Assembly (NCBI GenBank): GCA_947625935.1
Contig: CANQQE010000007.1
Span: 13,724 to 77,723 of the forward strand
DNA length: 64,000 nt
Direction of reading: 5' to 3'
Source: an uncultured Muribaculaceae bacterium
Lineage (GTDB): Bacteria > Bacteroidota > Bacteroidia > Bacteroidales > Muribaculaceae
Part shown: in pieces, positions 17,901-27,504 of the stretch
How the letters are laid out: each line of letters starts with the position of its first letter
Position numbering within the stretch: position 1 is the first letter of the stretch
Notes under the pieces: model-generated
The model's database searches: none
Told to the model about the DNA's origin: nothing
The model's input: the letters and a program-made list of their open reading frames with translations, nothing else
Made by a program: the position numbers and the translations under genes

Positions 17901-19662
17901 TATCCTGGTTGCCCATGCTGACCATGATCGTACCGGAAGAAATATTTGCCGCACCGGTATAAGAATACAATACGTCGCCGCGCAAAAATCCAACAGGGTT
18001 CCATAATTCATTGCCGTCGGCGTTTCGTGTGCCCTCGGCTGCCGTCAGATCACCCGCATCATAGCTTTCATTTACACTGTCCGCGTCGTCTACCTCGCCC
18101 GCGTTGCTTGCCGAACCGGTCAGCATATAAGTAAGCTGCATCACAGGGTTTCCTGCGGGGAAATTTGCATCTGCCCCTGACATACGGACAGGGACGCATG
18201 CCGACCTGTCACAGGACGAGAAATAACCGTCACTGCCGATACCTGTTTCCTGCGGCAGTACGAACAAATGCGCCTGATAATAATACTGGGTAGACGCCCA
18301 TAGGTCACGTTTCTCGCCATGCGTGAAACTTGCATCGTTAATAATATACGGCGCAAAGAAGCTCCGCCTGAGGCTCGCCCCGGCCTCGTCATCATTTGCG
18401 TAATCACCGCCTTCCAGCCATGCCACAGAGAGAGCTGCGTCTACGATTCCGGAGGTCTGCAGCACATATCCGTTATCGCAAATCGTCGCATCTGCGTTTC
18501 TCGCGGATCCCGCAGCCAGATCCGAACCGGCTAAGATCGACGCCATATTATCTACATCGCTTGTGTACTGGCTGTTCGCCGCGGCGGCCATTACATAGCC
18601 CGTCGCTTCCGGAATATTATCTGTTCTCTGGCTCACCAGGGCAGGATCGCTGTTCCCGCCGCTGACAAAAGTTGTAAAGAAATTTACGGTGGAATTATAA
18701 GCATCCAGCCCCTGCCACTCACCGCTGTCCGGCGCGAGGCTTGGATAGCTGTTCTGAAACTCAGCCAATAAGAACGCAAGCTGATAAGCCAGGTCATACC
18801 AGTGATAATCGCCGGAAATAACATCCTGGCCGTCCAATAATTTATCGCCGCGCTCACCCGTCCACTGCACCAGGCCAAGACCTACGCAGACATTGCCGTT
18901 AGAATCCATATATCCGCTGTTCGCATTTGGGAACTGCTGCCCGTATGCCCAATATGCCTGTTTGGACGTATTGGCGTCTGCACCGCCGCTCGGAGACCCG
19001 CAGGCTGCGAAAAATGCCTGCTCTGCTGCTTCGCCCGCGCCGTGCTCGATAATCTCAGCTTGGACGTGCGACTCTGTAATAAAACATGAGATCATGCCGA
19101 TCAGGAACTGTTCGGAATAACCGTAATGGTTGACAAAAACATCATACATGATGTTCACGTTTTCCTGAATGTCCTCATCCTGAGAAGCCAATCCGGAATT
19201 TGTGTCGATCACGTCTCCCACGCAGGTCCATGGGATCTCGTTCTTGACCAGGCCTTCGTGCTTCCGATATTCAAACTGCGATAACGTGAACAACACACCA
19301 CCGCCTATGATGATAGATAAAAACATGATCGCCGTTTGATCTTTTACGCCGAACATGGACGCCACTTTTGTAATGCCGCCCATGATATTTTTACCCATAT
19401 TTGCTTTGAATGTGAAAAAACCATTTTTCGCACCCTGGGCCAGATTTGATGCCTCTTTATTGCCAGCGCCTAAAAGCCTTGACAATAAAGACTGTTTTTT
19501 CTTCCCAGAATTTTGAGTTTCCCGCGTCGCATTCTGCACATGCTCTTTATTCTGTTCCGTAGACGCCTTGACCTGCGCGGTTCTGTCTTGAATCGACTGA
19601 AACTGTTCCTGGTCTTCAGGCGTGATCTCTATATCACGCCTGTCTTTATCTTTTTCACTCAT
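14992..19662 (-). CDS. T4SS cell-wall hydrolase (lysozyme-like plus NlpC/P60-like domains) with a roughly 900-aa C-terminal extension
   Basis: 1556 aa with a GGAGG SD. N-terminal TM IMFLSIIIGGGVLFTL. GLGLVQWTGERGDKLL is a muramidase/phage-tail-lysozyme-like motif. Cys and His motifs YFSSCDRSACV and TRHIMIYAGAN resemble NlpC/P60. This two-domain layout is known from CwlT/TcpG/PrgK-type hydrolases. Confidence 0.7.
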   Translation of the reverse strand: MSEKDKDRRDIEITPEDQEQFQSIQDRTAQVKASTEQNKEHVQNATRETQNSGKKKQSLLSRLLGAGNKEASNLAQGAKNGFFTFKANMGKNIMGGITKVASMFGVKDQTAIMFLSIIIGGGVLFTLSQFEYRKHEGLVKNEIPWTCVGDVIDTNSGLASQDEDIQENVNIMYDVFVNHYGYSEQFLIGMISCFITESHVQAEIIEHGAGEAAEQAFFAACGSPSGGADANTSKQAYWAYGQQFPNANSGYMDSNGNVCVGLGLVQWTGERGDKLLDGQDVISGDYHWYDLAYQLAFLLAEFQNSYPSLAPDSGEWQGLDAYNSTVNFFTTFVSGGNSDPALVSQRTDNIPEATGYVMAAAANSQYTSDVDNMASILAGSDLAAGSARNADATICDNGYVLQTSGIVDAALSVAWLEGGDYANDDEAGASLRRSFFAPYIINDASFTHGEKRDLWASTQYYYQAHLFVLPQETGIGSDGYFSSCDRSACVPVRMSGADANFPAGNPVMQLTYMLTGSASNAGEVDDADSVNESYDAGDLTAAEGTRNADGNELWNPVGFLRGDVLYSYTGAANISSGTIMVSMGNQDNGFGNLPSRFVDMSNLTTRHIMIYAGANAVQSYYGDYIYDQKRNYAATADESQSVTSDIAEPEDLPEGQEVPIFNWIKEELAFDYHQPDNTDMDDYEGTSNSTRENAFFLDYGDFTAKIDEVMTAGNSFKRKYAKKGNDQKESFLTAGEEKNGLNTFKAWEEIKHDIEQSCPSWSADQVEAFTDMVYQQQQHNRWMLITQYCSLPNEEDAAIGTYYDNAEGLDQNAYVNGYQYMPAHVDASGELISHKFSLFGKEEEALFDEDNPRAKYWIDDPVNDVTAPYAHEFFQYNTVISNDLFQDLMQMWSKKQKALDEDVYQDAGRTWGVTAEDFREVEFTSMGYEDYQDQINEYNDLFVPITIEKEDTEYESNPLMFTYDPEENPDPESEEVYEDEDDRVPTWLDEHYENIDGVYMPKVYLIINADESHLNDDETERADMLGADITDEEGRKNKYGDNFGLDADHVGREPFIDTKEVYDESIYSNWEDFDQVEELHKNLSYEVEIPGHEDREGHYEVIDTSNIPDTVLATTFRLQWKKTGRLNPETGGIEVDLSLDIKAYDEFWAHAGYDHKDDDYYQWRYLDKNGNEMTWEELVEKFETEWFPAEDYAPEEDPTEDGQVIEGEVYDNETGEGIEPGEIVVYVQMNDKDFDEFSDFSPSQMSGRRRPNRDYVVQLKPDNIKYTFESLDSERTDIDWANQWTASAGESWSAGDPPPSYGYPRPDKTAPYIAATADDPGNAYAFIAVGADGLVMYEHLKSDAAGTGTMTDSYLQDKTKGKHYLMNTIANYAQRTTHVTVEDLFGVHTKELIKELYTGTAADWQYVNGIHSEPDMLGNPQGSYSLISKIAGGDHVMHAGLGGLNSPRVARDEDSHYDMYGNEILDPVGDFAHWVVHGSRGTRGPKVAYLDFYGFFEQEGKKFSYMLFMSTPKSIDEELESIGKTRETATRDDWNQTDWKYKVLIDTYNDQMESSR

Positions 19663-19677
19663 AATAGGACCTCCGTT

Positions 19678-21117
19678 TTAATACAAGAAGAACTTCGATG
19701 TATCCATATTCGTGGTCAGCATCTGGTTCACGGATTTTGCCTGATATTCCAGTGCTAAAAGCTCATCCAGATGCGTATAATAATTCTTCTTATTCGTCAT
19801 ATAGCCGTTCAGCGCCGACGTATATGCGTTAATATCAGCTACGAGAGAAGACATATAATCTTTGGCAATACCATCCTGCGAATTGTTTGTTGTCTGCATT
19901 TCAACATAACTTCCGTCGATCTGCCGCCAGCTGTCGTATTTAATCGTCGAAGGCATCAATGACGTATACTCATCCGACTGATATGTCTCTTTATCTCTTT
20001 GGTATTGCGCATAATATGTCAGATAATCCTGATCGGAGATCTGCTCGCCGCCTGCATACGCCTGGGCCAGCATACCGTAAGATAACGGCTTATTCTGCCA
20101 CTCGAAATCCACACATCCGGGATACAGATAATCAGTATGCAGAAAATAATAATTATGTTCGATCTCGTCTTTATCGGTGTATTTGATACCCTCTCCCGCA
20201 GCTGCTTCAACCATATTATCCGAAATTACTGTCTCTGATGTCTCGCCGATCTCAGCACCGTCATAATTAGAAGAAATGCCGCCAGTTGAATCATAACACA
20301 TTTCAGGCTCAAATTTCAACGGCTGCGTCTCAGCCGGCTCGCTGATGTCCACCACGTCGCTCGCTATGTAATACGGCAGCTCCGGCACCAGAACACTTAA
20401 AGCCAGACGCTCAGACGTTGAAGTAAAATCCAGATAATTCTGCCGCATGGAATTTGTATCATTGATAAGCCTCAGATTCAGATTATTATATTCATCTGCT
20501 AAGACAATATCGCCGTATACATCCGTAGGCGATACAACTGTCTTATCCAGACATTCCAGCTCTTCCATCATTGGCGAACCCAAATTAAACTGCAGTCTGA
20601 CCTGGTTATGATCATAGAACGACTGATCTTGTTCGATGTTCGGGTCAAACGTATTTGTATCGGCAATAATAGACGCTGCTGTATCATCACGGATGATCAG
20701 GCTGTACACCTGACTGGCAAAACCTCTGTTATCCGTCAATAAGATCCCGAAATATCCGGTATTGCCGTAAGAATACATAATACAAGTCGGCTTGTTGGTC
20801 ATCTTCGTATTCACGCCGCTCATATAAATAGAATAGTTGCCCGCATTGACCGAAGACTTACTGCCGTTGTGCAGCATGATGAACGCTTTTGTGTTGTCGC
20901 TGTTCGTGCGGACATCAACAACATTGCCGGTATCACCGGTACGTGACCATGTATAAGACGGCGTATAAATCACTGTATCCGACAAATGCGCTCGATTGGA
21001 CACTTCCTGCAAATGGATTCCATACACCGTGAAAGTGCAGATTAAAAAGAAAAACGCGAAGATCAGCGCAAAGAACCTTTCAGTTCCGTAGTGGCGCCCA
21101 AAAAATTTTCCGATCAT
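19678..21117 (-). CDS. Membrane-anchored T4SS-associated protein (function unknown)
   Basis: 479 aa with a GGAGGAGG SD. N-terminal TM FFALIFAFFFLICTFTVYGI is followed by a large extracytoplasmic domain. Lies directly upstream of the hydrolase gene. Confidence 0.7.
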   Translation of the reverse strand: MIGKFFGRHYGTERFFALIFAFFFLICTFTVYGIHLQEVSNRAHLSDTVIYTPSYTWSRTGDTGNVVDVRTNSDNTKAFIMLHNGSKSSVNAGNYSIYMSGVNTKMTNKPTCIMYSYGNTGYFGILLTDNRGFASQVYSLIIRDDTAASIIADTNTFDPNIEQDQSFYDHNQVRLQFNLGSPMMEELECLDKTVVSPTDVYGDIVLADEYNNLNLRLINDTNSMRQNYLDFTSTSERLALSVLVPELPYYIASDVVDISEPAETQPLKFEPEMCYDSTGGISSNYDGAEIGETSETVISDNMVEAAAGEGIKYTDKDEIEHNYYFLHTDYLYPGCVDFEWQNKPLSYGMLAQAYAGGEQISDQDYLTYYAQYQRDKETYQSDEYTSLMPSTIKYDSWRQIDGSYVEMQTTNNSQDGIAKDYMSSLVADINAYTSALNGYMTNKKNYYTHLDELLALEYQAKSVNQMLTTNMDTSKFFLY

Positions 21118-21156
21118 GGTTTTGATATTCCTCCTCCAGATTCAAAGTCTTTCTAA

Positions 21157-21185
21157 ATTATATAATAAAAATAATAAAAAATCAA
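21157..21185 (-). promoter_or_regulatory. Promoter for the 19678..21117 plus hydrolase operon
   Basis: TTGATT - 17 nt - TATAAT. Confidence 0.55.
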
Positions 21186-21299
21186 CAATTTTAATAAAAA
21201 TAAATATGAAAAAAGGCATCTGCCGGTCATGCCGTACAAATGCCATTTTTCTGATAGCCAATCTGCGCAGATGGTTATGTATGATAACCAGTCGATCTC

Positions 21300-21668
21300 T
21301 TATTGGCCAAGCTCTTCCAGCTCATTCGACAATGCGTTACCGAGACCGCTCTCATTAGATGCGGTCAAAGTGTCTTTGAAAAATGCACCGCCGGCACAGA
21401 ACAGAGCGCCGATAATGATCAACAGGATATTCACTACCCAGTTAACCTGAGTCTTACCATGAGAGATAAGGCCCTGTGCGATCTTGAAAATGCCGACGAT
21501 GATCATCACAATACCGATAACGATCATCAACGCAGCACCGATGTCGCGGAGTTTGTCACTCGCATTGCTAAGAACGTTCTCGATAGACCAGCCGCCGGAA
21601 CCGCTGAACATAATTCTTGTGAACGCCGCATTGCAGGCTGCTGCAGATTTTACGACCATAGAACCCAT
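21300..21668 (-). CDS. Small two-TM protein, candidate VirB2/TrbC- or Maff2-like component
   Basis: 122 aa with an AGGAGG SD. Two TM helices (GAALMIVIGIVMIIVGIF and WVVNILLIIIGALFCAGGAFF) are joined by a short KIAQGLISHGKTQ loop. Monocistronic, with its own promoter and terminator-like hairpins. Confidence 0.4.
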   Translation of the reverse strand: MGSMVVKSAAACNAAFTRIMFSGSGGWSIENVLSNASDKLRDIGAALMIVIGIVMIIVGIFKIAQGLISHGKTQVNWVVNILLIIIGALFCAGGAFFKDTLTASNESGLGNALSNELEELGQ

Positions 21669-21708
21669 CGCTGTTTACCTCCTTCTTTCATAATATCTTA
21701 CACGGCTT

Positions 21709-21737
21709 ATAATAACAAATCTGGTGCAGAATGTCAA
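21709..21737 (-). promoter_or_regulatory. Promoter for the small two-TM protein gene
   Basis: TTGACA - 17 nt - TATTAT. Confidence 0.55.
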
Positions 21738-21799
21738 TATATTTTTGATATTTTTTTTAATGGTTTTTATTATTTTAATAGTAAATTATATAAAAGAAA

Positions 21800-21827
21800 A
21801 TACCCCTTGACATTTATCAAGGGGTAT
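21800..21827 (-). terminator. Terminator after the VirB6-like gene (bidirectional shape)
   Basis: 11-bp stem ATACCCCTTGA / TCAAGGGGTAT, T-rich on both sides. Confidence 0.75.
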
Positions 21828-21831
21828 TTTT

Positions 21832-24800
21832 TTAAGAATTAGAATTCTGGCCGATCGAACCGTTCTCATAAACGCCTTCAACTTTCTGAGCCGTGTCGTT
21901 ATTATAAAGATCAATCTGATCGCCGTCACCGATACCGAGCTTAGCCGCCGTCGAACTTAAAGCATTATACGTCGTCGCCGCGGCTTCACGCAGCTTCATC
22001 TGAGCCGAAGCGTTGATCTGCTGTCCGCCCGATGTAGTTACGTTATCATGCAGACCTTTCTCCTCCATGCTGCCCGCTGAAAGCGTAACGTCCATGCTCT
22101 GATCTGAATACGTAGTTCCACCGCCTGCGATCCTTGCGTCAATGAAACTTGCGTCTCCGCCGTCAACGCTCATTGCGTAAGAAGCTGCTACCGCTCCGCC
22201 ATTCTGGCTGACATTTCCCGCTCCGCCGCTTGTCGAACCTATAGTCATCATGCTGCCGCGAGACACATCACCATAACTTGCCTGCATACCGGATCTTCCA
22301 GCGTGACTGTTGATTGCGTCGATCGAATCACGGTAATCTGCTGTTCCGAAATTACTCTGCGCCATCTGATCCATGCGTGAAGCGATTTCCTGTTTTGTTG
22401 CACCGTCTGCGACCATTTGGTCGATCTCTTCGCCCTGGACAGCCGTAAGTCCGTTGACATCATAAGTGTTGGCCAGCTTCGCCCATCCCTGATCGCTGTT
22501 CGTTTGATTCGGATTCGGCCTTGCCTCGGCTGTTTTCGCCTCGCCGGAATACTGCTCCCTGAACTGCTCTGCCCGCTCAGCATCACCGAAGTTCTCCTGA
22601 TCGTATTGGCCTTCCAGTTCTTCCGCGCCTTTCAGATCGCCGCTGTCCAATTTCTCGTTAATTGCATCCTGCTGCTCGTCTGTATAGCCGCTGTCGTTAT
22701 AGTTGCCAAATCCGGCCAGCGCCCGCCTTGTTGCATCGTCCTCTTCGTTGTCAACACCGGAAGCCTGCCAATCGCTGATATCGCCCTCTGCAGCCGCCTC
22801 GTCAACAGAACCGTCATCCATATCACCGCGGGGATCTGCTGCCGCACCGTCAACACCTGCGCTTCCGTCTGCACCGGAACTGCCGGAACCGCCGTTCTTG
22901 AGCGCATCTACGCCCTCAGCCATAGAGTCTACGGCACCGCTGATATCGCCGTCTTTGATCTTATCCATTGCATCTGAGAACGATTCACCTGCGTCACCGG
23001 CCATGTCGCGCACTACGTCGCCCAATGCGCCATCGGTATTCAAAGCATGGGCCGCCATAGCACCTGCACCCACTGCTGCGACAGCACCAAGCGTCCCGCC
23101 ATTCGCGCCCATAGGCATCTGAGCCTTTGTACCGAACATAGAGTTTAAAATCGTCGTGATGAAACTCTTGATCGTGATAATAATCGCTTTCCGCCAGCGG
23201 ATCAACTGCATCGTGCCCCAGAGAATACCGCATATTGCGACGGCATTGCCAATCGCCGTAGGAATATCATATCCGGCGCCGCTCAGAATACTGCTTCCGC
23301 CGCCACCTCTCAAGATACCCATGATGAATTGAATGGCCACTTTCATCAGACGGACGATGAAATCGACAATGTGGACTGCCAGGGAGTACAACAGGCCTGT
23401 CACGGCCAGCTCCGTAATAATCGCCATGACCGTTGCAAGAGACTCTACGAAGCCCTGGATCGAACCGACCATCATTTTGAAGATCGACGGGATCATCTTG
23501 ATCGACTCAACGATAATGTTCATCATCATCGAAATTCCGAACACCCACCCCAGCATGCCGAACGAAGTCAACATAACAAGCGTATAAGCCAGCTGAATGA
23601 TCTCGTTGAGACCAACATACGCCGCCGTCACGCTGTAATGCGCAACTGTAACACCGGAGCTGGACAACAAATCCCTTGCATGTACATGCACGTTACCGTT
23701 TTCAAATATGCTCTGCATATAGTTATACATAGACATAGCCGACATGCTGTTATGCACAGATAAGTCAAATGTAGCTTTTATAATTTCACCACTGCCACTA
23801 GCATCGTTGACACGTATGCCGTCAGCATAATTATCCCCGGCACGTAATGTATGCGTAAACAAATATTCGCCGCCGCCGCAATGCAATACGACACTTTGGC
23901 CAACGCCTGTGGTGCCTAATAATTCCAAGTATATGCGTTCATTTGAATCACTGGCATTGATATCTATTTCATTCTGATCACTATCAACGCCATCATCATA
24001 CATTGAAAAAGCCCATAAGCCGTTTGTGGCTGTATCTTTCGACAGTAACGCAGATAAAATTGCATTATATATTGATTGGTATTGTTTAAGCGTATCAGAA
24101 TCACTACCGTTTGAATATCCTGTAAGCGACTTTACTGCTTTGGATATTTGATTGATATCCGGAGTAATTGCGCCTGTATATGTATCAGGATCAATCGTTT
24201 CGCCCTGCGCATACCGCAGCACAAGGCTGCGGCAGTAATCATATAATTCTGCTGTATCAGCACCGGACGCAGCATTTCTTGCAACAAGATTAGCATAATC
24301 AATCGTCCGATCGCTGGTATTTGCCACATTATGTGTAGCCGATAACCCTGCAACTGAACCGCCTGAATTATAATTCAAATTATAAATCAGTTCTGCCATC
24401 TCAGGAGCGTTGCCATCGGCTAAAACGACCATATCATGAGTAACAACATTATATTCTATTGAAAGCGATTTACCTACAGGAAAACAATATTTTGGATTTG
24501 CTGTAGCTGAACCAAAATCACAGAATTCTTCATAAATATACGAAGAAACTCTGTATTGCGTAGAATCCGTATACGCACCGAGAATCGAAATACACTCATG
24601 GTAGATCATCATGACCAAAGGTACGCCGATGAACATTACGACAACCCGATAGAACAAAGTTTTAGCCTTTTGATATGCCACCTGCGTCGCGTTATAAGCC
24701 TTTGTCTTAAACACCGTAATAGATGCGACAAAAATAATGATCATCAAGCCCAGAATAACAAACCTAAAATTACCGAGAGCTGTATAGATCCTCTTTACGT

Positions 24801-25554
24801 CCTGCATAAGAGGTGCGCTCTGGATCGTCGATATGATCGTACTGTCACCGCCATTGATACCTGGTGAAGTAGAACCATTGAACAAATAACCAATGATATC
24901 CAAGCTGCCCATAGCTTTAATTACAGTCGATACCAATCCGGATGCCGTATATGCCAGTACATAGGCAATATAAATCGTATATCCAAAAAATACGCGGAAA
25001 ATATCATTTGAGTCGCCTGCATTCAAAGTCTCATCAAGACCCATATCAGCCCACATCTGGCCAAACATGATATATTGAATGAATTTATTAGCAGATGCAC
25101 CTGATAAATCTGTATATTTTTGTGCACCGTCTTCAGCATTCTGTGCATAATAAGACAAAAAAGTATCAATCGTTTTTGTATATGAATCCGCCGATTGACC
25201 GCTTGATACAGCTCCACCGGAACCTTTATCGCTCGTAGCCTCTTTATCTGACGGACCTAAATAATTACCAACCGTACCAAGTTTAACATTACCTAAAAAG
25301 GTATCATTACCGTCAGCTCCATGTGCCTGAAACCGCCCTTCAATCGTCTCTTCCGCCTGGCTCAGAAGATTTGCAAGATTCAAAAACGAAGTATTCGCCG
25401 TATCGCCTGAGGACGCGTTCCCGCCGTTCGCCGCGTTTACGACCATGAGAGAACAGGTACCTGCAACGACCAGAACGGCTAACAGAAGCGTCAGCCGGTC
25501 CGATACGTAAAAAATATTTCTGCATTTGTGTTTGATCTTATTTAAGAGTTTCAT
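21832..25554 (-). CDS. VirB6/TcpH/PrgH-like polytopic membrane protein with a Gly/Asp-rich C-terminal tail
   Basis: 1240 aa with many hydrophobic helices in two clusters (around aa 170-330 and 640-800). The start overlaps the stop of the VirB4-like gene (ATGA-type coupling). The size and position fit Gram-positive VirB6 analogues. Confidence 0.6.
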   Translation of the reverse strand: MKLLNKIKHKCRNIFYVSDRLTLLLAVLVVAGTCSLMVVNAANGGNASSGDTANTSFLNLANLLSQAEETIEGRFQAHGADGNDTFLGNVKLGTVGNYLGPSDKEATSDKGSGGAVSSGQSADSYTKTIDTFLSYYAQNAEDGAQKYTDLSGASANKFIQYIMFGQMWADMGLDETLNAGDSNDIFRVFFGYTIYIAYVLAYTASGLVSTVIKAMGSLDIIGYLFNGSTSPGINGGDSTIISTIQSAPLMQDVKRIYTALGNFRFVILGLMIIIFVASITVFKTKAYNATQVAYQKAKTLFYRVVVMFIGVPLVMMIYHECISILGAYTDSTQYRVSSYIYEEFCDFGSATANPKYCFPVGKSLSIEYNVVTHDMVVLADGNAPEMAELIYNLNYNSGGSVAGLSATHNVANTSDRTIDYANLVARNAASGADTAELYDYCRSLVLRYAQGETIDPDTYTGAITPDINQISKAVKSLTGYSNGSDSDTLKQYQSIYNAILSALLSKDTATNGLWAFSMYDDGVDSDQNEIDINASDSNERIYLELLGTTGVGQSVVLHCGGGEYLFTHTLRAGDNYADGIRVNDASGSGEIIKATFDLSVHNSMSAMSMYNYMQSIFENGNVHVHARDLLSSSGVTVAHYSVTAAYVGLNEIIQLAYTLVMLTSFGMLGWVFGISMMMNIIVESIKMIPSIFKMMVGSIQGFVESLATVMAIITELAVTGLLYSLAVHIVDFIVRLMKVAIQFIMGILRGGGGSSILSGAGYDIPTAIGNAVAICGILWGTMQLIRWRKAIIITIKSFITTILNSMFGTKAQMPMGANGGTLGAVAAVGAGAMAAHALNTDGALGDVVRDMAGDAGESFSDAMDKIKDGDISGAVDSMAEGVDALKNGGSGSSGADGSAGVDGAAADPRGDMDDGSVDEAAAEGDISDWQASGVDNEEDDATRRALAGFGNYNDSGYTDEQQDAINEKLDSGDLKGAEELEGQYDQENFGDAERAEQFREQYSGEAKTAEARPNPNQTNSDQGWAKLANTYDVNGLTAVQGEEIDQMVADGATKQEIASRMDQMAQSNFGTADYRDSIDAINSHAGRSGMQASYGDVSRGSMMTIGSTSGGAGNVSQNGGAVAASYAMSVDGGDASFIDARIAGGGTTYSDQSMDVTLSAGSMEEKGLHDNVTTSGGQQINASAQMKLREAAATTYNALSSTAAKLGIGDGDQIDLYNNDTAQKVEGVYENGSIGQNSNS

Positions 25555-27479
25555 ACCTGTTTAAACCTCCCGCGAATATTTCCAACCCCAAGAACCAGAT
25601 CCATGTTGAACAGCACGTTCGCGCCATTCCGCCGGATGAACGTCCTCATAGGGCCTTTCTTCGTCAAGCTGCGTGACAGATTATCGGGAATACGCTGGTT
25701 GATCAGCTTCTGATAAGCATCTACCTGCACCGGCGTGAACGATCCGAAGATCGTATAATCCGCCTGATCTATCTTGCAGAACCGGTTATCATCAAAAGAC
25801 TTGTCGATGCTGTCATATAAAAAGCATACCCGCCCGCCGCGCCGGTATAACGCGTCGAACTGCCGGTTCACATATTCTTTCACGGCGCCGTCGATATGCT
25901 CAACACCGTGGATCACGACCAGATCGCCCTTTGACAAACTACGCACCGCATACGAAACAATGTTCACGAACTGTGCCATAGCTAACCCGTTGCCACGGAT
26001 CAGCAGATCCGAAAAATTATAAATCACGCGCTTTGACCTGACCGCATCATCAATCTGAGAATTTGTAACTACGTTAAATAAGTCGCCGTCCGTATCCAGC
26101 ATCTCGGTAAATGCGATCTTTAATATTCCCAGCGCATCCACTCTCTGCTGATCTTTCACATCCGCCGCATTGGCCTTTTTATGTTCCATCTCGATATAGG
26201 CGTTGAACATCGCTAATTTGGGATACGAGGTATGAGGTAGGCCTAAAATCCTCAGCAGATGCTTTTGCTTCTGAGCATCTTTATACCACATGCCCTGGTC
26301 GATGTAATATTTCTCCAAAATTTCTTTCAACACGCCCAGTGTAACGCCGCGCTGCTCCTGTGTCAAGGGATGCACCTGTTCCAGCATCAACGATATTTTC
26401 TGCAACTGCTCTGAAAAAATCGAAAGCTCGTCATCCAGATACGGATCACCGAACATCTCGAACATGTTGATGTCGCCTTTGCTCAGATTCAAACGCCTTG
26501 TGATCCCGTTAAACTTCGGCCCCAGCTCATCCAGTTTGGTATCGTCAAAGATAAAATGCACGACACGCCCGTTCTGCATCAGCGTACTCTGCGCCAGCTT
26601 AGATCCCCAGTACGCCGAAACAGGATTTCTGGCATCCGTTTCGTCAAAATCGTTGTTCGCGATTACGACATGATGCTTGTAACCGTTCACATCAAACAAA
26701 ATCGCCGCGTTATTTACATCATCAGTCATAACGCCGACATACTCGCCATTCTTATCATCCAGGCCCTTTGTGACCAGATTATAAGAACCGGCAAATTCGA
26801 CAGATGTAAAACCGAACATCTTCCCGCGCTGCTTCTCAGGATTTGCCAGAAGAGAACCCAGTTCATCGCGCTGACAGGCATCCATCGGCCCTGCCTGCAG
26901 AGAACCGAAACGCTCGATATACGTCTGTTCCATTTTATCAACTGTCTTATCAAGCAGTTCCAGCGAATCCGCTTTGACAAGCATCTTATAGATAACTCCT
27001 AAATAACAGCCGCTGGACTGAAGTTCTTCAGCAATCCGCTGGAAATCTATGGCCTTTGTCCTGTTCCGCAGCTTTGCCGTAGACGTACCGCCGTTATTGT
27101 TGATCTCGGTCTCGTTCATCTGCGTGATGCCTTCGGCCTTGCTCTGATGGGAGCTGATCCAGCTCTCCGTAAAACGCTTGATATTTTCGAATGAAATAAT
27201 CGAGACACCGTCCGGAATGCTCATCACGACACGGTTGATGCCCCAGAACGCACCAAAATGATCGTCTACCCCGTCAGGGTGCATATAAGTCAGGATCGTA
27301 CAGTATTTACCGTCGATCTCAAAATAATCAGAATGAAAAACATATTTTCTTTTCGGCTTGATATTTAACAAAAACGGTTTCTCGTCATAAGTAACGCGCA
27401 TCATTTCATCCGCTTTGTCTTTGGACTTTTTCTTTGTCGCAGTCAGCTTCTGTGCCAGCGCATCCGTAAAATTCGGCAT
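25551..27479 (-). CDS. VirB4/TraE/PrgJ-like T4SS protein lacking recognisable Walker A/B motifs
   Basis: 642 aa with a GAGGAG SD. Position (between the VirB3-like and VirB6-like genes) and layout resemble VirB4. Where the P-loop is expected the sequence reads NGYKHHVVIANNDFDETDARN. Where DEAW is expected it reads LVVIHGVEHIDG. There is no GK[ST] anywhere in the protein. Confidence 0.5.
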   Translation of the reverse strand: MPNFTDALAQKLTATKKKSKDKADEMMRVTYDEKPFLLNIKPKRKYVFHSDYFEIDGKYCTILTYMHPDGVDDHFGAFWGINRVVMSIPDGVSIISFENIKRFTESWISSHQSKAEGITQMNETEINNNGGTSTAKLRNRTKAIDFQRIAEELQSSGCYLGVIYKMLVKADSLELLDKTVDKMEQTYIERFGSLQAGPMDACQRDELGSLLANPEKQRGKMFGFTSVEFAGSYNLVTKGLDDKNGEYVGVMTDDVNNAAILFDVNGYKHHVVIANNDFDETDARNPVSAYWGSKLAQSTLMQNGRVVHFIFDDTKLDELGPKFNGITRRLNLSKGDINMFEMFGDPYLDDELSIFSEQLQKISLMLEQVHPLTQEQRGVTLGVLKEILEKYYIDQGMWYKDAQKQKHLLRILGLPHTSYPKLAMFNAYIEMEHKKANAADVKDQQRVDALGILKIAFTEMLDTDGDLFNVVTNSQIDDAVRSKRVIYNFSDLLIRGNGLAMAQFVNIVSYAVRSLSKGDLVVIHGVEHIDGAVKEYVNRQFDALYRRGGRVCFLYDSIDKSFDDNRFCKIDQADYTIFGSFTPVQVDAYQKLINQRIPDNLSRSLTKKGPMRTFIRRNGANVLFNMDLVLGVGNIRGRFKQV

Positions 27480-27504
27480 GATACTCTCCTCTTTCTCTTA
27501 AATT

